NCBI GenBank assembly: GCA_937625935.1
Contig: OW569346.1
Span: forward strand, 558,001 to 622,000
DNA: 64,000 nucleotides
Direction: 5' to 3'
Source of the DNA: Tetramitus jugosus
Taxonomy: Eukaryota; Protista; Heterolobosea
Position 1 is the first letter of the stretch; each line of letters begins with the position of its first letter. Below are positions 19,590 to 32,148 of the stretch, in pieces. The notes below the pieces were generated by a model. That model ran no database searches. It saw nothing but the letters and a program-made list of their open reading frames with translations, and had not been told where the DNA came from. The position numbers and the translations under genes are program-made.

Positions 19590-22500
19590 ATGACAACTAG
19601 CTGCAGTAGTGATATGAAGCGTAAGCTTGATCAAAACAATGGTGATCACACTCATGAAGGTGCTTTCATTAGTGATGAACCATTGGCAAAGAAGAGAAAC
19701 ATCATCACAACAAGTGATGACACTGTACCATCCATGTACAAGTATCATCAATTGTTGCCAGAGTGTTTGAAGCCTGATATTGAACAGGAAATGGTTTCAT
19801 TCAAGGCTGAGATCTTTCATGGAATTCGCTCCTTTTATCAATTGTTGATCACTGAGCATTCACCATCGTCATCATCATTGAACAATGAACAAAAGCAGCC
19901 ATTGAGTAATGAAAAGTGGGATGAATTCGAGTACACGTTGTCACTCATGAGACGTTACAATGAGTTGCATTATCCATATACAATCAAGGAGAAGGAAGAA
20001 TTGTGCACAAAGTTGTTCACTATCATGATCTTTGATAGTCCCACTGTTGTTGTTGACTACTTTATTCAAGCCAGTATTTGCGTTAGTATCTCTAGTCTCA
20101 TTAGAAAGAAGGAGAAGCTCAATATTGTGTTCGCATGGAGACCACTGTATGAAATTTTAGAGAAAACCTATTTCCCAAAGTTTAGAAAGGCTGTTTATGC
20201 ACCAAAAGAGTATGTATTTTTTTAAGTTGATTTGTGTTCAATTGTCAAATTGTTGTTGTTGTTGTTGGAATGATCATGATAATCCTGACGAACCATGCGT
20301 CTCTGTTTTTTTGCTGACAGTCATGGAAGTTCGATTGTCGATCTCGTCAAGAAAGTCAAGAGATACTTTGCACCAAGTGCAACAAATGAGATTTGGGAGG
20401 TATTACGGCCGACAATGTGCATGCACGATCATTTGCTGTTCAAGACTCAAGGATTTTTGTGCCTTTTCCTACCAACCACTGGTGATCATATTACTTGGTT
20501 GGATGAATTGATGTCTGTTTGGAGTTGGGTTGGTATGTGTCGACATGATGCTCTTTATTCGTTTTCAGTTTTCTGTTTGTATTCAGTGTCACTAAACTTT
20601 TGCGCAATCACCGTCTTCTCGTTATTTTCTGCTTAATTAACAATGTAAAACAGCAATGCATCCAACATGGGATCAATCATTTATGACTCTCATTGCAGAG
20701 ACTGCTGAAGAACAAGTTGGAAAGATTGATTGGGAGCCATATATGCCATTCATCTTCTCTAGATTGCTCTACGCATTTGATGTTCCTGTTGGTAATCTTC
20801 CATCCTATATATACGACGAGTATCCAATGGCTGAGTGCAGTTTGTTTGCTTCGTTCGAGTATGCAAAGAACTTGGTAGTTGCTCATACGGCAAAGTTTAT
20901 TATTTGGACAGTGAGTCCTGAGGGAACCACTATGGACAGATTGAAGAAGTTGTTGAGATCTACTGAATCTTATTACCATCCATCGAACGAGGGGTCATGG
21001 ACGGGACCAATTGGCGATTTCTTGCTCGTTCTTTGTTCCATTTTCGGAAATCGCTTGAATAAGGGTATGTTTTCACTATTAGTCATTGAAGTTGAAAGGT
21101 TGTTTTGTTGCGCAACAGTATACTAACTCTATTTGTATGATAGAACACCGAGGAACCAGACGTGTACCGGACTCATTCAAAATTACGGACAAATTAATTA
21201 AGGATTTTGTTCACACAGTTCTACCGGTTTCAATGAAGGCCATGTATAGCAAATCATCACAGATGACCTCATGTGCAAATCATTCCTTGAAGTTTATGGC
21301 CTATCTTGCTCCGGATCTTGTTTTCCCTCAATTGATGGAAACATGTTTCCATGCATTGCAAACACTAACCGAGACACATCAAACTGTGTCAGCTCTAGAG
21401 ACACTATCATTAGTAATCTTTCCACTTTTAAAGGCATCACACTACCCTGATGGTGTAAAGTATCTCTCGGAAATTATGATGCTCACTTTGCCCGGAATTG
21501 ACACAAATGATATGAAGAAGACCTATTCGACTCTAAAGTTCTACAAATCATTGCTTGTATGCTTGCCCTTGTTCGGTGAGCCAACTGGCTTCAAGCCTCT
21601 CGCTGATGGGGATGTAGACATGGAGAATGCTCAACTACCTGAGTGTGTTCAATTTTTTGAAGATTGGTGCATTCAGTTCTTGGACAAAATTTTTGTTGTG
21701 TTGTCACACCAGAGTGCTCCCAAGAAGGATGCAAGCAATGCTAGTGATACTATATCTCCAAATATGTTTTGGAGTATTTGTGATCTATTCTTCCATCAAT
21801 TGTCTCCAGAGTTGCATCAACGCTGCTCCAAGAAGATCTTTAACTTCATTAGCACAGAGTTTTTGATCAATGCAAAGAAAAATATTGGTCACATGTGCGC
21901 TGCCATGTCATATTCTAATCCTAAGAGTACTCTAGAGTTGTTCATTCCGATGTTGTATGACAAAATTGTTGAGACAGATGGAAAGATGAAACATTTGACT
22001 GATACGGAAACACAATGGTTCGTTCATATTCTGAGTAAGGTTGTACTGTTCACAGGACCAGAAATATTGGTTTACAAGGACAAGATTGTTCACATTCTCG
22101 AGTTGACTCATCAATCAGAGGAAAAGAAGATTGTTAAGAGTGCGGGCAAGTTGTTGAAGAATGTGTTGCGATCTTTGACTAGTTACTATGCAAACGATAT
22201 TCGATCCGTTAATCCAGATATCTGGAACTCTGCTGAATTCAGATTCAATCATCACAAATATTGGAGCGAATTTCCAACATTGTCCGAGATGAAAGTTGAT
22301 TGGCATACTCCCAGCGAAGATGAAATATTATTCTCAATCGATCTTGTCAACCAATTCTTGAAGGACCCTCTCAATTTGATTCGCAATCATATTGAGGAAT
22401 TGCAAAATGACAAAGAAAAATCCTCTGCAAACAACAAACAACTCAAGCATGCTTTATTAATGATACGTTACATTGTGAGAGGTAGCGATTCGCTCTTTAC

Positions 22501-25474
22501 TGAGATAGAAGAAGATATTATCCCTGGACTTGATCGATCACCTGGATCTCGAAAAATTAATGCAGGTCTCTGCCAAGCTGAAAGAGTCAAAGATCGCAAG
22601 ACTTTGAACTTTTCACTGAAAGATGTATCGATGCTATGTCACGACTTTATTCAAGCTATCCTGCATAAAAGCAAGGAACAAAACCCGATTCTACTTGGTC
22701 TAATAACCAAGCTTCTCTATCCAATCATGTGCAAGAGAGGTAACATCACACAATTGAGGTACAAGCAAAGAAGAGATCACCACGAAGTTGTGAAACTGCA
22801 GAGCTACAAGGATGTGTACAACACACGAGGACAAAAATATCCACGTTCTTTGCTTGTTTCACGAGCGGCTCTAGAATACAAGCTGCGCTGTGTATTGCAC
22901 AATGAGGCAATACCCTACACGAAGACTCATGATCTACTGTTTAATGATCTTGTTCAATTATCTCTCGGTTCTTATTCGATTGTCAGAAGGAAGGCACAAC
23001 GTGTCCTCTTTGCTGGATTCGTCAAGTTCTCGGAGAAGGTAGTACGCCGCTTTTTACCAAGATTTATGGATGCCCTGAAGAAATCAGATTCGACTGATGA
23101 CGAACGAACTGGTGCTATCTACTGCTTGGAGAAGTATGCTTCCGTTAAGAATATTATTAGAGATTGGAACATGATGTCTCAGTTCTTGATCAGCATTAGT
23201 TCAACATCTCACATCGATAAGCAAACAATTCAAGATAGACTAGCTGCTCTCTATGACACATATTTCAATGCATTCTATCACATCTCAATCACAAAGGAAA
23301 ATGTAAATCGATATAACGATTTACTCTTGTCCTTGCTGGATTTGGTAGAGGGTGCTCACAGCATGCATTGGAAGTATCAAACATTGGTTACATCATTCAT
23401 CATGTTGATGATCAGAGCTGATGGTGTTCTCATTCCTCCTCGAGTTGCTGGCTACCTGTGTCGACAGATGGTCAGTGATATTGACAAAATTCGCCATATT
23501 GCAATCGAGGGAACAGAACTAATTTTGTGTCAATATAAGCCAGTTCAAAAGAAGAAAGAGATCACATTCCCAAAGAACTACAGTCTTCTCGAACAGGGTA
23601 CATGGGAAAACTTAAAGTATCCAACTTCAAATGAAGAGTGGGACTCAACCACTTTCTTCGAAAAGAATTATTTCGGATGGTACGCAACACCACAAGTGTG
23701 TAAGGTGTACGATTATAGTTCACGTGACTCTGTAGATGCTCACAAGCAAGACCGTGAGACATTGAAAACCGAATTCAACACTATTTTGAATGAATCATTC
23801 GTACAGAAGTTATTTGAAACAATGGTAATTCGCGAGGACACATTTAGCGAGACTAACTGCCAGTTATTCAAAGGGTTCTTCCAAGTGTTTGGTCCACATT
23901 TCCTTGAGATCACAAAGAAGCACTTTGAAGATCTTGCTTCGAGAGCTGGCAGCGGCAAACAAGAAGAGCTACATTACATGTCTTTGGGATCTGAATATGT
24001 GAGCGGATTGGTACGTGGTATGAAGCATTGGACCTATCAGGACCAAGCTAATACCTATGAATATTTGTTGCCTGTTCTGGACAAAATTTTGCAGGAGACT
24101 TCAATGAATTGTGTTGGAGAATGGTGTGAATGCTTCGAATTTGCAGTTTGTGACAAAGATCCACGTCGTGTGAAGTGGATCCGAGATTTTATGTTTGACA
24201 AGTTTGAGACCATAGTGGGAAATGTTGATGATAAATCACTTCCTTCATCCTCAATTCAAGTGAGGTACTTACGTTATTTGTATGGAATCGTGGGAGAAAC
24301 ATCATGGCGTGATCCTGATACCTTGAACCGATTGTTATCAATTCTCAAGAAGCACTTGGCTCATCCATACGAACAAGTGAGAGAGTATATCAGTGTGTTC
24401 TTGTCCATGATATTTAAGACAATGTGGAAGCCAGCAAGAGACTCAAACAACATTGTACTGTTCAACAAATATGTGCCTCTTCCTCAGAACATGGTAGAGT
24501 TTGTGCAATATGTGGAACAATTATTCAACAAGATGCTGCAAGTTGTTAAGAATTCTGATACTAGCGCAGTTGAATCTCCTGTGTCTGAAGCAATTGATTT
24601 GAAGTCGGTTAGCAAAACGATTCTCAACTGGTCCAACAGTCTTTTTTCATCCTATTCACCACATTGCGCTATTGACTTGGTAACACACTTTATCAATGTT
24701 ATAGCTGCAATCTATGGACAGGCTACTCAAGAGGACGAAGACACCCAAACACTCGCTGCCGATAACTTAGTGTTTATATCTGCCTATCCATTCCCTTCTC
24801 AAAAATCTGTTCAAATACTGGAATATCTGGAAACTGTATTGCATCAATCGAACAATGTTGTTGCCTCTAATTGGAGAGTACGAGAGGCTCTTCTGGAGTT
24901 TTTGCAAGTGTTTGGCTTTAGACAACAATTCTACCTGGCTGCTCAACAAGAAAAATTGATTGAACTCATTCTCTCAATGTTGAAAGACCCTCAGCTCGAG
25001 GTTCGTGAATGTGCTTGTACAACGCTTGCTGGTTTCATTAAGATTTCAGATATGGAGTCGATTGAACGGTTGACAGAAAGATTCAGAGTTTGGGTCAAGA
25101 GTGATTCTACAGTTGGCAATCGCAAACAAAATAGGCAACGAAGAAAGCGCACCTCTATCACCAGCTTGCAAGCAAGCAAGCCATCCTCATTGAGCGAGAG
25201 TGATGCTCTTCTGAGGCACAGTGGAGTGTTGGGCTTGTCTGCAATTGTCAAAGCGTTCCCATACACGATGCCTGACTTCTTACCTCCTGTTCTCGTTCAA
25301 CTGTCTCAATTTTCGAACGATTACTCTCAGCCCGTGAGAGACAGCACCAGAAAGACTTTTGCTGAATTCTGGCGTCAGCATGGTGACTTGTGGCACATTC
25401 AAAAGAAGAAGTTGACCGAAAACCAACTCCAAGTTTTGAACTCCTTGTTGATTTCTCCTTCCTACTATGCATAA
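19590..25474 (+). CDS. PSME4: Proteasome activator PA200/Blm10, 4 exons
   Basis: Introns 20210-20320, 20533-20653 and 21065-21143 (all GTATGT..AG) join the four ORFs in frame. ESYYHPSNEGSW, LPGIDTNDMKKT, HSGVLGLSAIVKAFPY, and C-terminal HbYX motif SYYA. Confidence 0.95.
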
Positions 25475-25510
25475 TAAACACCAAAGTTATGGGTTGCAAC
25501 ATTACATAAT

Positions 25511-28500
25511 TTATTCTTTGGGATTATCAATTACTAATGGTCGGCCCACAGGAAGAACGAATGATTGCAACTCAGGCGATTTCTTGGCTGAATCCATCTG
25601 TTGCTTGATCTGATTCTTGTCGTGGTTGAGCTGCAGGATACATGATTTCAGTTCTGCTTTCAAGGTGTTGAAGTCCCTCTTTTGCTTTCCTTCCTTGGAG
25701 AACACGTTCAGACCACTCCAGAATGTTTCATTGCTAATCTTTGACACAACAGCCCACAAGATGTATACGATTCTGATGTCGTGCTGGAACAGAGATAGAT
25801 TGGTCTTAAAGTGCTCAACCATTCGCTTGAAACGAGTGTTGTTTTCATGATCAGGGTACAACAACTCAGTCTTAATGTCAACATAGAGACCGTACATAAT
25901 TAAATCACGAACACGAATGATAACATCCTCCTTGTTCCTAATTTCACAATTCACATCCAACAAACTATCACTCTGCAATAACTTCATCTTCTTCTCAACT
26001 GAAAGAGAGGCCAGAGTCAACAATAGTACACGAACGAAATTACTATCCCGAGAGAATTTGTCGCCAAACACATAATTCTCCCCATTGTCTAACGTGAGAT
26101 AGTTATCAGTATCTTTCTCCAAGATGAAAACACGATCCAACGAGCTCAGAGGCAACATCTCATACGAGGCAGTTCCAACAGCATACTTACCAAGTGAAAC
26201 CTTCTCCGGCTCGAAAATCTGATTGGCTACTCTGATGTGCATGCTGCTGTGAGCCTTGCGCAAGTTGTCAATAAATGTTTCCACATAATGTTGCAAGTGG
26301 GTTGATGTTGGAGCGTGCACTAAGAAGGTTCCTGTTAGATCCTTCTTTGGTATGTCCCTCTCTGGACATTCACTGAACAAATATGTGTAAAACTTTTCAG
26401 AGTTACCACCAATCATCAGAAAACCAGAGTCCCAATCAGTCACAAAGTCTTTGCTCTCGTGGAAGTGGTTGAATAGATCATATGGCGAGATGTAATACAT
26501 TTCCTCTTCATTGCTGCTCACGGGCATAAGTATGAGTTTACCATGGAACATGCTCGCCCAGGAGTCTACGCGATTGTTTCTTCCACGCGTGAGTCCCTCA
26601 TATGACAATCCATCATTTGCCTCAATATCCCAGATGCGATAAGAGAGACCTAGAAGACGCAACACACGCTCATACAGCAAGTACTCTGCTCTTGTAATGT
26701 GTGCATTTGTTACCAACAAAACGTCAAACTGGTCCTTGTTGGATTCTTCTGGTGCAATGTATGTTGGACTGCATCGACAGTATCGATCTTGAATCTCAAT
26801 CAACTTTCCTCTCAGCAGCAACTCTACTCTGAACTGCAATCTCTCGAATATATCACACTCAACATCCATCATGGCTTCGAAGTTGTGCGAATAAATATCC
26901 TCTGAATTCAACAACGATATGGAACCTTCAAGGTAGTGTTTTGATGACTCTGAAACGATGCTTAATCGAGGGTCAATCATAATTCTATATTCTATTGATC
27001 CTTGCTCTGTGTCTGATCCATAAGGAATAGACGACAAATTGCGGATATCGATGGAAAAGGAACCAATCTCACCCTGTTTGAGCTGTGTTGGATGCCTTAC
27101 CTCGTAAATATGAACTGGATATCGAACTGACACTGTTCTAGAGAATGTTGAATACTCAAAATGTCTGTGAAGGAGCTCGACGTGACATGATATTGTTGCT
27201 TCGTTATGATAACATTCGGATATGGTAGCAGGAGGTGCATCAGGTATGACTCCAGTAATTTTTGTGTTGAATGTGTATCTTTCGCCAGGTTTGATTGGAG
27301 GTATGGGAACATAGGGCTCGGTTGGTCGGAATGTGGAGCTTCCATGGAGGCACAAGTAGGCGCCAGACGGTAGCGTTAAACCTCCGTCATTTACAATGGT
27401 CAAGTCTTCCAGAACAACACTCTCTCCAGGTTCGAAAACTCCATCGTCCAACAAGCCACGCACATTGAACTCTAATGTTCTGATATTGTACCGATAGTTG
27501 GAGCACTCAATAATCGCACCAGTTTGAGCATCGACCAGAGAATAGAGAAGGAATCCATTGGCGCCAGGCAGAGGAGAACTCTTTCCTATTCTACCTTGTT
27601 TTCCATCCCTTGCAGCAAGACCGATTGTACCATTAGTACCATCCTCTCCGACGTCACCCTTCGAACCAAGCACAGTCAAATCTTGACTCTTGAATGGCTT
27701 ACCGGCCTTACCTCCTGCCCCTCCCTTGCCACCTGCACCTCCTGCCCCTCCTTTACCTCCTAGTCCATTCTCTCCGCCTAGTCCTCCGATACCGACAGCA
27801 CCACCTTGAACCAAAGCTTCTACCAACATAAATAGCTGAGCATTGGATGATTGGACAATGACTTCTCCACCATTACCACCTTGTCCCCCTTGACCACCAT
27901 CACCACCACTACCACCCTGGCCTCCATGACCACCGTTTCCACCATTGCCACCGGGTCCACCACGAGATCCTGATTGTCCTGCTCCGCCTGATGAACCATT
28001 TGAGCCAACTGCTCCTTTTCCTCCACTGCCTCCATTACCTCCATTACCACCCTTTCCACCACTACCACCATTACCACCATGTGATCCTCTCGCATCAATC
28101 AAGATGCAAGTATCGGGCTCAACTCCCAAATTCAACAATCCATTGAAACTGCCCTCCAATCTCAAGTTCTCTGGACTCTGACCATACATTTTCAACAAAA
28201 CAGGTGCGGCATGAGATCCTCGTTGTCCATCCTGCCCATCCTGTCCATCTTGACCATGTTGACCATGTGTTCCATAGAGTCCATTCGATCCAGGAATCTC
28301 GCCAGTGGCACCATCCTTGCCATCCACTCCATTTGCACCATTCACACCACTCACTCCACTCTTTCCATTCTGACCACTCGTTCGAATCGTAAACAACTTT
28401 TTTCTTTGATAGGCACCAGTTGTCCTAGTTGAACCAGTAGTAGTAGTAGCAGTAGTAGCAGTAGTAGAATAACTAACCATACGTGTTGGACTGATTGGAG

Positions 28501-29254
28501 AACCAATAGCATCTTGATCATCATCATTGACACGACTACTCACAAAATGATACTGATTCGATGGATAAAATGGCTTTGGAATACTCCTTAGTTGATCACT
28601 GACATCCAATCCCATGACAGTTTGACCCGATGCAATCATTGCATGAAACTCTGTATTCATCATGACTAGACTACTGCTTCTGCTATGATGATGAGTGGAC
28701 CGTGGACTTCGAATACTCGTATGTGCAGTCGAAGACAAAGACGAAGAAGAATGAGAACGATTGTGATGACTCTTTTTGTCTGAAGCTTCATTATCACTGC
28801 CATGATCACTACTATGCGTATCGATATCATGATGATGATTATTGTTATGAAGGTTATGAAGGTTACTTAGTGAGAGAGTTGGTGGTGGAGTTCGCACTTG
28901 TTGCATGGAGAGATGATGATTGTTGTCATGATTCTCTGATGTGGGAGTAGATGATTGAACAGTCAATATAATGTTATTATCAATCACATCATTATCATCA
29001 TCATCATTGTTGTTGTTGTTGTTATTTGTTTGATGAGCATCAAAGCTACTATTGTTATTGTTATTGTTATTGTTTGTGAAATGATAAAAGGATGATGTGG
29101 GAGATGAAGAGAGAGAGGATGATGGACTCAACACGGCAGATGAAGAAGAGTTACTGAGAGAGCGACTGTGTTGTCTGCTGTGATGACGAGGACCAGGTGA
29201 TGATAGAGTCAAATTCTGAGAAATGACATTGTTGTTATCAAATGAACCACTCAT
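25511..29254 (-). CDS. Large protein with Gly-X-Y and Gly-Gly-X repeats followed by Ig-like beta domains
   Basis: 1247-aa ORF. Gly-rich blocks at about 27570-28375; GVFEPGESVVLEDLTIVNDGG beta-sandwich-like segment; no signal peptide. Confidence 0.75.
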   Translation of the reverse strand: MSGSFDNNNVISQNLTLSSPGPRHHSRQHSRSLSNSSSSAVLSPSSSLSSSPTSSFYHFTNNNNNNNNSSFDAHQTNNNNNNNDDDDNDVIDNNIILTVQSSTPTSENHDNNHHLSMQQVRTPPPTLSLSNLHNLHNNNHHHDIDTHSSDHGSDNEASDKKSHHNRSHSSSSLSSTAHTSIRSPRSTHHHSRSSSLVMMNTEFHAMIASGQTVMGLDVSDQLRSIPKPFYPSNQYHFVSSRVNDDDQDAIGSPISPTRMVSYSTTATTATTTTGSTRTTGAYQRKKLFTIRTSGQNGKSGVSGVNGANGVDGKDGATGEIPGSNGLYGTHGQHGQDGQDGQDGQRGSHAAPVLLKMYGQSPENLRLEGSFNGLLNLGVEPDTCILIDARGSHGGNGGSGGKGGNGGNGGSGGKGAVGSNGSSGGAGQSGSRGGPGGNGGNGGHGGQGGSGGDGGQGGQGGNGGEVIVQSSNAQLFMLVEALVQGGAVGIGGLGGENGLGGKGGAGGAGGKGGAGGKAGKPFKSQDLTVLGSKGDVGEDGTNGTIGLAARDGKQGRIGKSSPLPGANGFLLYSLVDAQTGAIIECSNYRYNIRTLEFNVRGLLDDGVFEPGESVVLEDLTIVNDGGLTLPSGAYLCLHGSSTFRPTEPYVPIPPIKPGERYTFNTKITGVIPDAPPATISECYHNEATISCHVELLHRHFEYSTFSRTVSVRYPVHIYEVRHPTQLKQGEIGSFSIDIRNLSSIPYGSDTEQGSIEYRIMIDPRLSIVSESSKHYLEGSISLLNSEDIYSHNFEAMMDVECDIFERLQFRVELLLRGKLIEIQDRYCRCSPTYIAPEESNKDQFDVLLVTNAHITRAEYLLYERVLRLLGLSYRIWDIEANDGLSYEGLTRGRNNRVDSWASMFHGKLILMPVSSNEEEMYYISPYDLFNHFHESKDFVTDWDSGFLMIGGNSEKFYTYLFSECPERDIPKKDLTGTFLVHAPTSTHLQHYVETFIDNLRKAHSSMHIRVANQIFEPEKVSLGKYAVGTASYEMLPLSSLDRVFILEKDTDNYLTLDNGENYVFGDKFSRDSNFVRVLLLTLASLSVEKKMKLLQSDSLLDVNCEIRNKEDVIIRVRDLIMYGLYVDIKTELLYPDHENNTRFKRMVEHFKTNLSLFQHDIRIVYILWAVVSKISNETFWSGLNVFSKEGKQKRDFNTLKAELKSCILQLNHDKNQIKQQMDSAKKSPELQSFVLPVGRPLVIDNPKE

Positions 29255-29519
29255 GATGGTGTATGTACAATCTTACAAGATGAAAAAAGATTTTGTGTTT
29301 TGGGTGTGGTGATGTTTTTCTCTTTTGTGGGTGGAGATGATGGATGCAACAAAACAAGAGAGAGCTTTTTGGTTGCTCCCTTCTCCGGAGAACCAAAACA
29401 GATTTCTCAGAGAAATAGAGAGCTCAGCTATCTGAAAAACTCTCCGACACGTTCGCACAAGAGAAAAAGAAAGAAAAAAAAGGACCAGTCCAACCAACCA
29501 CCAAACAACAAACAACAAC

Positions 29520-30599
29520 ATGATAAAAACAGAGCCACTCCATCAGTGGTACCAATCCAGAGTCACACTGATTGGACTCTCCATTCTCACCTCTCTCTTT
29601 ATCATTCTCACTCTCCTCATTCTCATCATTACAAAGATTCTGAACAGAACCTATGGCATGTTCACTGAATTGGTGTTATTGTTTGGATTGGCATTGAACG
29701 TGTTTGGTAACATGTGTATACACAGTATTGCTGAAGCTTATATTAGTTACAAGCGACGTTACCATACTACTACTCCTACTGGTCCAGTAATTGATCATCA
29801 TCATCATGTGAGTAGTCGTGGTAGTAGTAGTAATGATAATAATAATGAAGATACGATGGATGGTGAATGGAATGAAAACAATAGTACAAGTCAATATCAC
29901 AGTAGTAGTGGTGGAAGTGATCAATTTGTAATCAAGCGACAAAATCAATTGTTTTATCCAGATTTACCGTCACGTGATCGATTCCGAACCTATTTGATTG
30001 CACTCGTGTGTCAAATCATTTACTACGTGATTCTCAATTGTCTCATTTTCATGATTGCAAAACTTGTGACAGCAGCCTATCTCAACAGTATCAATCACAA
30101 GAACGCTAATAACAATAATAATAATAACAATGGAGCAAATGACAATTACAAGAGCAATGGTACCATTATGAATTGGTTGTGGGTGTTGGGTGCAGGTGTA
30201 GGATTCATTACAATCATGTTTGATGCTGGATCACTGATTCGCACCTATGTTGCATTCGTGATGCTCAAGCAGGAAGATCAAATGAGAAAGCAAGCGCACA
30301 GTAATTTGGAATTGGTGAGCACTGCTGCTTCAGATGTCAATAATAATCATAGTAATGATCGACATCATGGTGGCAATGATTACTATCATGGTGATGATGG
30401 AATGGTTGATGGATATTTGGATACGAGTCAGGTGATTATGCCAGAGCCAAGTGTGGCAACAATGCGAACAACAAATCAGCCAAAGACAACGACCAAACAG
30501 ATTAACGACGATGTTCCAACCTATACGATAGCAGCTGCTGCTACTGAGCCATCGGTACCAATGTTTTCACTCATTGGTGATGATGAGGAACCATTCTAA
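29520..30599 (+). CDS. Hypothetical multi-pass membrane protein
   Basis: 359-aa ORF after a CAA leader; about four hydrophobic helices separated by Asn/His/Ser low-complexity loops. Confidence 0.7.
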   Translation: MIKTEPLHQWYQSRVTLIGLSILTSLFIILTLLILIITKILNRTYGMFTELVLLFGLALNVFGNMCIHSIAEAYISYKRRYHTTTPTGPVIDHHHHVSSRGSSSNDNNNEDTMDGEWNENNSTSQYHSSSGGSDQFVIKRQNQLFYPDLPSRDRFRTYLIALVCQIIYYVILNCLIFMIAKLVTAAYLNSINHKNANNNNNNNNGANDNYKSNGTIMNWLWVLGAGVGFITIMFDAGSLIRTYVAFVMLKQEDQMRKQAHSNLELVSTAASDVNNNHSNDRHHGGNDYYHGDDGMVDGYLDTSQVIMPEPSVATMRTTNQPKTTTKQINDDVPTYTIAAAATEPSVPMFSLIGDDEEPF

Positions 30600-30688
30600 A
30601 ACAGTGAAATGACAACTTGTATGAAATAAATATAATAATTCTTCTTCGTACTGTTGTTGAATGATAATTGATCAATAATCTCTCTTAC

Positions 30689-31963
30689 TTATTCGGACTT
30701 TGACAACAAGCGTTCAGCAATGTTCTTTGCCTTCTCTTCCGAGATACCACAGTGAATACGAATGAATCCAGAGTTGACAGGCGTACCTGGATAGAAAATG
30801 TTGCATGGTGTGACACCGACGCCCTTTGCCAGTGCATCCTGCACAGCATCCATATCAGATTCCTTCCCATGTCTGAAGAGACCGTACATGGTACCCTCAG
30901 GTTCAATAGCTTCCCATCCTAGAGATTGAACAAATGCATCACGCATCACTACCCAATTTGATCTCAATAGTTGGTTCACCTTGTTCAAATGGGACTCAAA
31001 ATCATTCAAATGCTCGCTTAGGTACTTGCCCATTGGATGTTGCAACCATGGGACACAAATGTAGATGGGATCAGCGGCCATGGCCATCTTGGCAATCATT
31101 GACTCATGTGCGATCGCATATCCGACTCTCCAACTCTGACATCCCAAATTTTTTGAGAACCCTCTAGCAACGACCACATGTGGATGAAGCTGAGGCAACA
31201 CGGACGTCTGTCCATCACCACCATTGCTGTTCTCTGCTGTTGCTGATTCTTGGAACAGAGGAGTATAAAGTTTCGCTTGACCATCATCACCCTTCGTCCA
31301 CACCATGTCACAATAACACTCGTCAATCAACAAAATGACACCATATTGACCACACAGTGCAACCAACCGATTCAAATCATTCTTTGGCCAAATTTGAGTC
31401 GTTGGATTACACGGATTACAAATAATGAGACAATTCAACAGACCACGCATCAAGTACTCCTTTTCCAACAAATCAAAATCAATCATACTCGTACTTGTTG
31501 CATCCTCATTGACATCTCTTGCCTTGATAAAATGAACAGGATGATTGTCACCAAACACGGAATAAATTTGTCTCAAATGATAGGTATAGAACGGATAGAT
31601 CATTCCAATCTTGCTCAATTTTTGTTGCAACAGTGTTGCAAACAGTGCGACACATGCACCAGTGACTCCCTGCGTTGCCAGTACATTTGATTTTTGAATG
31701 AGAGGTGTGCCATAGTGCTCATGAAGCATGTGAACCACACCATCCAAGTATTCATCTTCACCAAGTCTTCCCCTGTACATGTGCACCGATTGTTCACCAC
31801 CTTTGAACAGTGAATCACGTGCCAAATCGAGAATTTGACTAGGGGGATCCAATTCGATCATACCCTGGGCCACAGAAGGCAAATTCATCTTTTGACAATA
31901 GTCAAAAATGTCTCTCATGGAGGCATTGGGTGGCAATTGAATCTTGGTGCTGTGGTCAGTCAT
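30689..31963 (-). CDS. PLP-dependent class I/II aminotransferase
   Basis: CNPCNPT, IDECY, GFSKNLGCQSWRVGY (PLP lysine), PEGTMY, FIRIH. Start placed at MTDHSTK (31963) because the longer track ORF overlaps the upstream gene. Confidence 0.9.
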   Translation of the reverse strand: MTDHSTKIQLPPNASMRDIFDYCQKMNLPSVAQGMIELDPPSQILDLARDSLFKGGEQSVHMYRGRLGEDEYLDGVVHMLHEHYGTPLIQKSNVLATQGVTGACVALFATLLQQKLSKIGMIYPFYTYHLRQIYSVFGDNHPVHFIKARDVNEDATSTSMIDFDLLEKEYLMRGLLNCLIICNPCNPTTQIWPKNDLNRLVALCGQYGVILLIDECYCDMVWTKGDDGQAKLYTPLFQESATAENSNGGDGQTSVLPQLHPHVVVARGFSKNLGCQSWRVGYAIAHESMIAKMAMAADPIYICVPWLQHPMGKYLSEHLNDFESHLNKVNQLLRSNWVVMRDAFVQSLGWEAIEPEGTMYGLFRHGKESDMDAVQDALAKGVGVTPCNIFYPGTPVNSGFIRIHCGISEEKAKNIAERLLSKSE

Positions 31964-32148
31964 GTTTCTCCTGTTCTTGTGTGGGTTTTGGCGGTAAAAA
32001 ATTGGCGCAGATTCGTGAAATGGGCTTTTGCACAAAAGGAAATGGACCCTGGAGGAAGAAGGGAAAACTAAATTACCTATTTGCTGAATTGGCAATCTGT
32101 TGCGTTGATATAAAATGAGCCCAAAGAGAATGTGATAGATGTCATTTT

